Shown piece by piece: positions 52,430 through 64,000 of a DNA stretch of 64,000 nucleotides. Location of the stretch: contig NC_042998.1 of the NCBI RefSeq assembly GCF_006345805.1, forward strand, positions 159,650,001 through 159,714,000, in the 5' to 3' direction. The first letter of the stretch is position 1; every line of letters starts with the position of its first letter. Source of the stretch: Octopus sinensis. Its lineage: Eukaryota. The notes beneath the pieces were generated by a model. It made no database searches. It worked only from the letters and a program-made list of their open reading frames with translations, and was not told the origin of the DNA. The position numbers were made by a program, and so were the translations under genes.

Positions 52430-52850
52430 TCTTATCATATAATGGATAATAAAGTGGATGGAACTTCTGGAAGAGGGAGACCTAGGGAAGAACTGGGACA
52501 AAGTATTGAAGGCTGAACACAAGACACTGAGTCTTAAGAAGTGATGACTAAGGACTGACATATTTGATGCATTACTGTACTCAAGGAGACCCATCTGCCA
52601 CAGCCGAATTAATATCAGTGTTACTGTCACATAAAAAGCACTTGTGCTGGTACCATGTTAAAAGCACTCAGTACACTTTGTGAAGTGGTTGGTATGAGGA
52701 AGGACATCCTGCCACAGAAACCATGCCAGAACAGATAATGGAGCCTGGTGCAGGCCCTGGCCTTACCAGCTCTGGTCAAACCATCAACTCATGCCAGCAT
52801 GAAAAACATATGTTAATTGATGAGGATGATGAGGATGATGATGATGATGA
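52430..52850 (+). mobile_element. RTE LINE 3' end
   Basis: GRPRKNWDKVLKA-like segment, terminal motif and (GAT)n tail. Confidence 0.7.
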
Positions 52851-53489
52851 TGCAACTATTTGCAGTAATACATTTGTTGAAAAGAACTGAACAACACTTA
52901 TGTAGGAGAACCTACAGACACCTCTGTAAGGGAACTTATGATTGATATGGCTGTGCGGTTAAGAAGTTTGCATCTCAGCTACTCGGCAGCACCTTGGGCA
53001 AGTCTCTTCCACTGCTGTAGCTCCAGATCAACCAATGTGTTGTAAGTGAATTTGGTAGACAGAAACTGTGAAACCCATCATATATGTATATGCATTCATA
53101 CGTGCACATATATGTGTATGTGTGCTCATGCATGTGAGCTTCTGTGTAAATATTTACCATTCTCAGCTTCAAAGAATGTAAACATTTACAATTGATGAAC
53201 TACAAGCAGTAAAGTTCAACAATTCCTTGACAACAATCCAACCAAGAGCTCTAAACTTTCAAAGACAGGTAGAGTAAAAAAATAATCTTCACTTGAAAAA
53301 CAAGTAAAGATTAGTAACACAAAAGCATCCAGCTGTAAAACTATACCTTAGTAATACATATTAATCTTTGCATGGAGAAAACAAATAAATAGATATTCAG
53401 TACTTCCATATATTCTTCTATAAATGTATAAATCTCCAATATTTACATATAAAAATGATCATATTAAATCAACTAGACACTTTCTTGAA

Positions 53490-53790
53490 CTATACAGGAT
53501 ATTAAAGTTGAGGACAGAGTTATTTTCCAAGTCTTCCTCTCACTTCTCAACATCTTCTGTGTCCATTCCAATGAATATATCATCAATATATTGGATATAG
53601 ATTGTATGTTTATGTTTGGAACAACTCTGTTGTCCATATCCAAACAGCTCATCATGTTAGTAAGGAATCTACAAAAATACTGTTTCCTTGTACAAGTGAG
53701 AAGCATTTCTTTAAACCCTGGAGTAACTGAGTCACTGAAAAATCGATGGAATACTTCTGCATTCTTCACTATTTGCTGACATTTAATATG
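53490..53790 (-). pseudogene. Penelope-like RT fragment (YIDD motif)
   Basis: The minus-strand frame reads LFGYGQQSCSKHKHTIYIQYIDDIFIGMDTEDVEK*, resembling the PLE motif LFxGYxE...YxRYIDDIF; frameshifted. Confidence 0.5.
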
Positions 53791-55534
53791 GTTCCGTCAT
53801 ATGTTGTAACAAAGCTATATAGATTGTATATTTATATTTCTGCAAGACTTTGTTTTACTACCTATACACAGTACATTGATCATACATTCATTATATGATC
53901 TGAAGGTTGATAGGCTAAAAGATGGCTCAGAATTCAAAACTTAACATTGTTCAAATACAGATAGGAATTTGGAATGGCTCATACAGAATGTGTGTGTGTA
54001 TGTGTGTATGTGCATGTACATGCGTGTGTGTGCTTGCACATGTGTGCATGTGCATGTGTGCGTGTATGTATGCATCATGTGAGCATGTGTGTTTGTCTGT
54101 GTGTATGTGTATATATATATATATATTTACATACATAATAAAAACAACAAATGCCTATGTATGCACAAATTTATAGTTCATATAAATATAAAATTTTAAG
54201 AACAAAATTCATCCCAAAGCACTTTTGCAATGTCATCCACAAATAGATACCTTATACAAGGAAATTAAATTAATTTAATTAATATTCGTCAACAACAGAT
54301 ACTTAAACACATTAGTAGACCCTCATCATCATGCATGGTCAAAACGAATTTATTGAGACAGATTTTCTATGACTGGATGCCTTTCCTGCCACCTACCCTT
54401 ACCAGTTTCCAAACAAGGTAATGTTTGTCCATTGCAGGACATGTTTTCATAGAAGTTTAGAAATGAAGGACACCACTTGTATGACAACCCTTGCATACAG
54501 CTATCATGCAATGTCAAGACAAGGAGGCACAAAGAAACACACACACACACACACATGCACATGCATATGCATATACACATACACCAGGTTTTTTTTCAGT
54601 TTTCATCTAACAAATCCACTCACAAGGTTTTGGTCAGTCCACTGCTATAATAGAAAGCACTTGCTCAAGGTACCATGCAGTGTAATTGAACCCTAAATCA
54701 CATGAATGAAAGCAAACTGCTTAACCATGGAACCATTTGAAATCTGCTTTTTGGCTTACAGAAATACGATTTGGGGTTCATCAAAAAGTTTAACATTATT
54801 CTTATAGTATTTTGCTTTAAAAAGTTTTTGTTAACAGATTTATTCATGGTATATCTAAAATAGCAGTGAGCACAAAGTTATATGATAAAAACAGGTTTGC
54901 TTGTTTTTTTTTTCAGCATCAGAAATAACTGTAATAGGATTAAATGTGATAATTAGGGAAAACATTAGTGTTATCTAATATTATTCCTAAATACCAAAGG
55001 CTTTTTTTTTGATAGTATACAATTGGAACATAGATATAACATGGATAAATCTGTTGTCAAAAACCTCTAAGAGCAAAATACACTAAGAATATATTATAAT
55101 ATCAGTAGAATGTAAAACTTCTACATGAACCCCAAATCATATTTCCGCGAGCCAACAAACAGATTTCAGATGAACATCATTGTGATATATAAATTTCAAT
55201 GCAAATATGAAAGTTTTCAATTTCATTACTACTCAGTCTATTACATCAAACATATAAATACAACACTTGCTTGTTGACTATCCATATATTTACAGCATAT
55301 TACACATGAGAATATGGTACAAAACTGGAGAAGGAAAAACACAACCATCTTGCACAGAATTCTACAAAAAAGAATAATGTAGGTTGGATTTCTTAAATCT
55401 TGCAAAATTAAGAGCTGGCCCATTGATAGACCTTAAAAAATTGCTAGAAAAATGAAATTCTCTCCTAATTCATTCCACATATATCAATATCTTACCAAAG
55501 CTAGAAGAAAACTTAAAACAGGAAATAATACAAC

Positions 55535-55715
55535 AGCATATAGCTCAGTGGTCAGAGTGTCAGGCTCACAATCATGAGGTAGTCAGTTCGATTCCTGAAC
55601 CAGGTTGTGTTCTTGAGCAAGACACTTTATTTCACATTGTTCCAGTTCACTCAGCTGTAGAAATGAGTTACAACATCAATGGTGACTTTGTTTTTCCCAT
55701 GGATAACATTGGTGG
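55535..55715 (+). mobile_element. tRNA-derived SINE, third family
   Basis: A box TAGCTCAGTGG (55541), B box GTTCGATTCC (55586), then a SINE-core-like TTGAGCAAGACACTT...CAGCTGTAGAAATGAGT. Confidence 0.7.
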
Positions 55716-56463
55716 CATGAAGAGGGAAGCATTGGGTACTATGCATGATTAGGTCAGATGTTGGCATAAGTGAGTAGCTCTGTCATCATTCAGTGGAGTA
55801 TGAACACATTAGCAGTCAAAGTCTTTATGTGAGAATAACCAAATTTGGAAGTGTTGAGTTACAACAGAGGTTGCATAACCATCATAATTGAGCTCTAGTC
55901 TATATGGGTGGCAGGGATTAAATACCCTGCCCTTGTGTGGGGAACAGCTAGGCCAAGGGCAGTATATCTAGTTTGTCAGCTGCCAGGCCTGAAGTTCATT
56001 AATAGCATATCTTTTATGGCAGGTTAATGGGGTATGTCTAGTCTTTCTTAGAAACAGAATTATCATTTGCAATCTCCAGGGCAGTAAGAAGAGGTTCTAT
56101 CAAAAATACTCATTTGAGGTTGACGGAGTCATTCCAATGCTCCTGGAATTTCTAAATGAAGTGGGACTAAGAAATGGAGTGTTCCCTATCCTTACATCTA
56201 AAGGAGTTCATATGTCATGTATATCTTCCCTTAAAGTTATTGGCCATCATGCTTGTGTAGTGCCTTATTATGCCATCAAATGGTGTGAAGGTTACTTTAT
56301 AGACAACAGCCTTTGAGAAGCAAGATCCACCCATTGTGTAATTGGTAGGTTATATATTTACATATAATGATAATAATAATAATAATAATAACAATAATAA
56401 TAATAATAACATCAAAAAATACCCTAGGAATGAGAATCCAGATTCAAAATTTCCCCAAAATAG

Positions 56464-56500
56464 CTGATGAAGACTGGAGGATATATCAGCTGAAACGTTG
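56464..56500 (+). ncRNA. Degenerate hammerhead-like core next to (TAA)n
   Basis: CTGATGA-A-GACTG(GAGGATATAT)CAGCT-GAAA-CGTT. Stem II has one mismatch and no clear stem I is present. Confidence 0.4.
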
Positions 56501-56709
56501 TGTTAACAACAAACAAGATGAGGACAGAGCAGTTGTATACTGTCAACTTAATGTGACAGTCCCATAAAGGGAATCACACCACCGCTATTTAGCCCTAGGA
56601 AACATCAACGCTTCCTGTCAGCCTTGACATATTTCCTGTGTCCTTATGTTTACAAGGGGGAGACAAGATGAGGACAAATATCCATCAAATGCAAGTAATG
56701 TAAATAAGG

Positions 56710-58295
56710 GAAACCTATGTTGAGAAAAACAGCAAAATCTGCTCGTAGCATGACAGATGACAAATTACATTTCATAGGTGAAATGTAAATTAATGTCACA
56801 TTTTGAGAGAAAACATGCAAGGCAAAAGTCTTCATCATTAAAAATGCAACCAATCTGTTTGGGTCCAATTCGTTAGAATTATTCAATTTATGGGACCTCC
56901 CATATATCTCTATTGTAAAAACGTAAATGATTGCCCATCCAAAAATAATTTGTCTAAAGAGTTAAAGAGAAAAGTAAAAAAATGTTTCCGCGAGCACTCT
57001 CAGACAAACTAGGTCTATGCAAAAAGACTGAGAGCCCATGGTCCAGGATACAAATCGATTACACTGGACCATTGAATGGTACATAGTATCTAATCATTAT
57101 GGATAGCTATACAAAGTAGCCAGAGGTATTGAGATGCAATAAACCCACAGCAAAGACCACAATAAAGTTCTAACCCAAGTTATTTGCTCAATACAGTGAT
57201 CCAGACATGTTAGTTTCAGATAATGGAAATTTCTGCAAAACATATGCAATAAAACACATCTTTACCCCCACCCTATCACCCAAGGTCAAATGGGCTAGCA
57301 GAAAGATTTGTCAACACAGTCAAAAGATCTCTAAGAAAAGCTAGGAATGAACTAGAAAATGATGAGGTACTAAGGAAATTTTTAAGAGTATATAAAATAA
57401 TGTCAAATCCAAATACTAATTCATGAAAGTCATGAGCAGAGTTAATATTCACACGTAAAATAAAATCGATCTTTGATAAATTACTGCCAAGAAAAAATAC
57501 ATATAAAGGAAAGACAAAAAATACATTTGAAAGAAATACAAGAAATATTAGAAAACATTTCAAAGTAGAAAATAAAGTTCATTTAAAAAATTACAAAAAT
57601 GGTAAAGGTTAGGAGGATGACTGTGTACTCAAAAGATTAGGTAACATGATGTATTTAATTAAAGGACAATGTTTGGAACATAAGAGACACCTTAACCAGT
57701 TAATGATGAGACATACAGAAGAATGAAAAGTAATACCAATGGAAGTCTTCAATGATATGTTTGAAGTGCCAGCACCGAGAGATATTGAACCCCGTAGAAC
57801 TAGCTTCAGAAAACGAAAACAGTAACAAGTAACACCTAAATGTAAAAGATATTAAATATTCAAAACAAAAAAAAACAAGAGTGCTTAGAACAACGGAAAG
57901 GAAAAGTGTTGTGTACAACAAACAATACTACTGTAAGGCAGCAGTTAAGATACAAAAGCTAAAAAGAAGGGGGAGTGGTCCTGGAAAGAAAAAAACTGGA
58001 AATAAAATTCCACTTTCTCACAGTAATCGAAGTCTCAAAAGGGGATCTGTTGTGATGAGAGTTATGACACTCCCTTACGAGAGATAGACTGGTCTGAGTA
58101 AAGTATAAATAGTAATGATCTGAATGAGTACAGAGTTCAGAGTCAAGTGAAGTTCGTGTTAGTTCACAGTGAAGTTGGAAGGTGTAAGTTGGTTAGTTCA
58201 CAAGGAATATTCATTGTTGATTTGTTAGTTTGTTACATTGTTGTTACTGTTGTCTGGTTATCTTTTTTATTGTACATAACAACTATGTTACAACA
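56710..58295 (+). mobile_element. Internally deleted Ty3/Gypsy LTR retrotransposon (protease-adjacent region, integrase, 3' LTR)
   Basis: SPWSRIQIDYTGPLNG..YLIIMDSYTK, LVSDNG and PYHPRSNGLAERFVNTVKRSLRK at 57025-57345. Most of RT/RNase H is absent. A purine tract GGAAAGGAAAAG precedes the LTR. Confidence 0.85.
57907..58295 (+). repeat. Putative 3' LTR (TGTTGT...ACAACA)
   Basis: 6-bp terminal inverted repeat, adjacent PPT and internal TATAAA near 58105. An alternative start at 58048 cannot be excluded. Confidence 0.55.
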
Positions 58296-58418
58296 ATGAC
58301 TATCTATGAACAGAACGGAGTAAAAAATACTTATTCTCATGCATTGAATGCTACTACCCATGTTTATTACACCAAACCCAAATATAACATTCATATATAT
58401 ATATATATATTCATACAT

Positions 58419-58458
<40 letters not shown>

Positions 58459-59046
58459 TTTAGATTACAAGGTATCTATAATGGATCAAGGTATATCAAA
58501 GGGAAGAATGCCACGCAATTCAAGATATTCGTGTCTTCATCATCAGAAGTGGGTGATGGTAATAATGGCAGTGGGTTGCAAATGATCCTAGAAGTACTGT
58601 TATAACTGATAAAAACCATCTACACCACATTTGAAAGTAATTCAACAATTGAACCCTGTTAGATTTCCTGATTTCATGTGTGTTATATCTGTGCAATAAT
58701 ATTTGCTTGAATTTTGCTTCAATAGTATTTCTTCTAATCTCTCATGGAATTCTATATAAAATTGTAGTACTGTCAGATAATGAGTTTTCTATTGAATTTC
58801 ATTTTTATGCTCGGTTTTTCAGATGGCTGTTGTCTGAAAAGGACATAAACATGAAACAAACCTAAATAACAGGATACAGCTCAGCTGAATAAACATAATT
58901 ATACTCTATAATGTGTATTAAGTAGTTTTTGTCTATTTTCAAAGAACTCTCATACATACATATATGCATACAAACATGCACACAGCCACACACACACACA
59001 CTTGTGTGCATGCACACACACACATGCATGCACACACACACATGCA

Positions 59047-59089
<43 letters not shown>

Positions 59090-59094
59090 CTTTT

Positions 59095-59482
59095 ATCTGT
59101 TATCTTTTACTTGTTTCAGTCATTTGACTGCAACCATGCTGGGCTATCACCTTGAAGAATTTTAGTCAAATGAATCAACCTTAGTTCTTATTTTTTTTAG
59201 CCTGGAACTTATTCTATTCATTGCTTCTGCTGGACTGCAAAGTTACAGGGACATAAACACACTAACACCAGTTGACAAGCAGTGATGGACAACAAACACA
59301 GACACAAAAACAAACACACACACACACACATAAACAATGATCTTCGTTCCATTTCTGTCTACTATTCCACTTACAAGGCTTTGGTCAGCTCAAAGCTATG
59401 GTAGAAGACACTTGCTTATAGTGCCACACAGTGTGACTGAACCCAGAACCATGTAGTTGCAAAGCAAATTTCTTACCACACA

Positions 59483-59490
<8 letters not shown>
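59095..59490 (-). mobile_element. SINE family A
   Basis: Reverse-complement match to family A. Confidence 0.75.
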
Positions 59491-59523
<33 letters not shown>

Positions 59524-59531
59524 ATATATAT

Positions 59532-59689
59532 ATAATCAGAAAATGGAGAAAACCTCAGAATAACAAACACATCGACTGGACCACATTTATACCTATTTGT
59601 TATGTTATGATTTGTATTAAAAAATAAGCTATAAATGTGGTTCAGTCGATGTGTTTCTTAATCAGAGGTTTTCTCCATTTTCTGATTAT
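59532..59689. repeat. Inverted repeat, 60-bp arms with 38-bp AT-rich spacer
   Basis: 59532-59591 and 59630-59689 are reverse complements with about 4 mismatches. Confidence 0.9.
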
Positions 59690-59857
59690 TTGTATTTGCT
59701 TCCTGATAAACTCTTGTTTATCTTGTTGTTACCTGCACTCTATATGCATAGTGTGCCTGCACACCAATGCCCAATGATAACACGAGTAACATATACCAAA
59801 AGTACATATGGATATTTTATCCCTTAGTCAGTTATTATAACCACTAACTCTGTTTAC

Positions 59858-61315
<1,458 letters not shown>

Positions 61316-61334
61316 TATGTATATATATATATAG

Positions 61335-61744
61335 ATGCAGGAGTGGCTGTGTGGTAAGTAGCTTGCTTACCAGCCACATGGTTCAGGGTTCAGTCCCACT
61401 GCGTGGCACCTTTGGCAAGTGTCTTCTACTATAGCCTCAGACCGACCAAAGCCTTGTGAGTGGATTTGGTAGACGGAAACTGAAAGAAGCCTGTTGTATA
61501 TATGTGTATATATATATGCATGTGTGTATATATGTTTGTATGTCTGTGTTTGTCACCCCCACCATCGCTTGACAACCGATGCTGGTGTGTTTACGTCCCC
61601 GTAATTAGCGGTTCGGCAAAAGAGACCGATAGAATAAGTACTAGGCTTACAAAGAATAAGTCCTGGGGTCAATTTGCTCGACTAAAGGCAGTACTCCAGT
61701 ATGGCCACAGTCAAATGACTGAAACAAGTAAAAGAGTAAAATAG

Positions 61745-61745
<1 letters not shown>
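61335..61745 (+). mobile_element. Young SINE family A
   Basis: Near-consensus copy with CpGs retained. Confidence 0.85.
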
Positions 61746-61778
<33 letters not shown>

Positions 61779-62079
61779 CTAGAAAAATACAAACTGGGAC
61801 AATATATATATATATTTAATTCATAAAATATATCATCATATGAGATAAGATAAGAAGCACGTACACTTTGTGGTCAAGCTGATTTGATACACAAACTCCA
61901 ACTTGAAGGGTGTGGCTGTGTGGTGAGAAGCTTGCTTCCTAATCACATGGTTCTAGGTTCAGTCCCACTGTGTGAAACCTTGGACCAGTATCTTCTACTA
62001 TAACTTTGGACTGACAAAAGCCTTGGGAGTGGATTTGGTTCATGGAAATTGAAAGAAGTCTGTCATATATATGATAGCA

Positions 62080-62961
62080 CATTGTTACATGTACAGTGAG
62101 AGCTAGCACTGACCTTCATGAGGCAGTGTGCCAAGTGACATCACTGAGTTTATTTCACAAATTGTGAAATTTGTGCTTTTGTGATCATGTGTATGCTGTA
62201 GTCAGCAATTCTTGTCATGGACAGGAAGTTAGAACAAAGAGCCAACATGAAATTTTGCATTAAACTTAGGAAGTCTGTTAGAGAAAAATTGAGCATGCTT
62301 CAGTAAACTTAGAGTTATGTGGCACTGAGTCAGATGCAATGTTTGAAGTGGCACAGGTGCTTCAAAAGTGGAAGAACATCCCAGGAAGACAATGAGCAAT
62401 TTGGAAGATGGAAGAAGATGGGTGATCTGGAAGACTTGCCACAAGCATCACCTCCAGAAGTGTGGAGAAAATTCATCAGTTTGTGTACGAAGATTGTTGG
62501 AGGACAATCAATGATGTTTTGAAGCATTTGAGGGAGAACATTTGGCGAAAGCAACTGGATCTGTGTAGTGCAAAGAATTGGATATTACAACATAACATCC
62601 TGTCACAAGGCACTGCTCACTCATGAGTGTCTCACCAAAAACAACATGGTATCACTTCTGCACCTGCCCTATTTGCCAGATTTAGCACCTGTGGACTTCC
62701 ATCTCTTCCCCAAGAGGAAAATGCAGCTCAAAAGTCACCGTTTTATCACTGTTGTTGAGATTCAGAGTGAATCACAGAAGGTTCTCAACTCACTTACAGA
62801 AAACAACTTCCATGCCAGATTCCAAAAGTGGTAGGAATGCTAGGACTCGGGTATTGCTGTACAAAGTAACTATTTCAAAGGAGATGATGTTAAAACTTTG
62901 GTAAATAAGTTTTTTTTTTTATTAAACATAACTAGTCTGGGAGCCTTCTGATAGCACCTCA
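62080..62961 (+). mobile_element. Internally deleted mariner transposon relic
   Basis: MDRKLEQRANMKFCIKL...WHRCFKSGRTS N-terminus and HLPYLPDLAPVDFHLFPK..QLK C-terminus. The right TIR CTAGTCTGGGAGCCTTCTGATAGCACCTCA|TA is present; the left TIR was not found. Confidence 0.85.
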
Positions 62962-63759
62962 TATCTGTGTGTGTGTCTTTGTCTCTATGTTTGTCCCCCA
63001 GTCACCACTTGACAACTAGTGTTGGTGATGTGTTCAGCAAAAGAGAATAATAGAATAAGTGCTAGGATTAAAAAATAAGTTCTGGGGTTGATTTGTTCAA
63101 CTAAAATCCTTCAAGGCAGTTCTCCAGCATGGCTGCAGTCAAATGATTGAAACAAGTAAAAGAATAAAAGAACTAAAGTAACAGGAATGTTACAACTACA
63201 TAATGAAGATTGGCTATAGGTAATGTTTCAATTGAATTGGTACATGTTTACTATAATAAAAGTATAGACAGGCAAACAACTGGTATCAGGTCAGATTATG
63301 AAATTTACATATTTAAACATTGACAAACATTAAGGTATAATTAAATGTTCCAGGTATTACAAGACCACAAGAAATCAATAAAAGATCAGTAGAGAAATGT
63401 TTATAGTGATTGTGGTATATGTTGGTAAGTCCAAATTATTTTTATTAGATAGTAGGTAAAGATGGCCATCATAGGTAGAATCAAAAGTTGGGTGAGAAGG
63501 TGTACAAGTAGTCCCTTACAGCTGTTTCAAGAATAGATGCACAGGTGGTGCATTTCACTGCAAGCAGTCAGCTGCCAACATTTTAGTGGCAATCTATTCC
63601 ATCTTCAGAGGAAGAGGTAGTGATAAAATAGATTTCCACTAAAATGGTAGAATGTGACTTCTATATTAATGTTTTGTCAATGTTTCATATATAATTGCCG
63701 CAATTCTACCTCATTTCAGTTGTTTGCTTGTTTATATCTTTATTCTATTATATATCATC

Positions 63760-64000
63760 ATCTTCATTTAATGTCCACTTTCCATGCTGGCATGGGTTGT
63801 AGGGTTTGATATGGAGCTGGTTACAAGGGAGCTGTCCAGACTTCAATTGTCTGTTGTGGTATGGTTTCTAAAGCTGGATGCACTTCCTAATGCAACCACT
63901 TTAAAAAGTGTGCTGAGCAATTTTTATGTGCCACTGGTACAGCTGTGTTTATGGAGCACTAGCACAGGTGCTTTTTAAGTGGCTCTGGCACCTGAAAGGA
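63760..64000 (-). mobile_element. RTE-type tail fragment, running off the window end
   Basis: (CAT)n then CCACTTTCCATGCTGGCATGGGTTG and GCTGGATGCACTTCCTAATGC. Confidence 0.7.

Noticed and set aside
55535-55610. tRNA-Val(CAC)-like sequence with A and B boxes
   Set aside because: The acceptor stem does not pair, and the sequence continues into a SINE body, so it is a SINE head rather than a tRNA gene.
58515-58555. Minus-strand CTGATGA-TG(AAGA)CA-C-GAAT
   Set aside because: Only a 2-bp stem II, a broken GAAA and no stem I; too degenerate to call.

Overview
This is AT-rich, repeat-saturated eukaryotic DNA. The SINE, RTE-LINE and microsatellite repertoire looks like a coleoid cephalopod, probably octopus (inference from repeat pattern recognition only). 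I could not confidently identify any host protein-coding gene; nearly all ORF-track entries are microsatellite or transposon read-through. Supported content: many tRNA-derived SINEs of at least three families; RTE-clade LINE relics ending in (GAT)n; a 5'-truncated R4/Dong-type REL-endonuclease retrotransposon in a (TAA)n insertion hotspot; three Tc1/mariner relics (DD36E, DD37D/maT, mariner); a hAT element with an intact 8-bp TSD; an internally deleted Gypsy element with one LTR; Helitron/HINE-like elements; and two Penelope-like RT fragments. The most striking signal is five dispersed loci with minimal type-I hammerhead ribozyme folds or cores of the Penelope pLTR type. Two of them lie in head-to-head palindromes, including a 380-bp near-perfect palindrome with a complete hammerhead fold on each strand. 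Ends of degenerate repeats are approximate, to within a few tens of bp.
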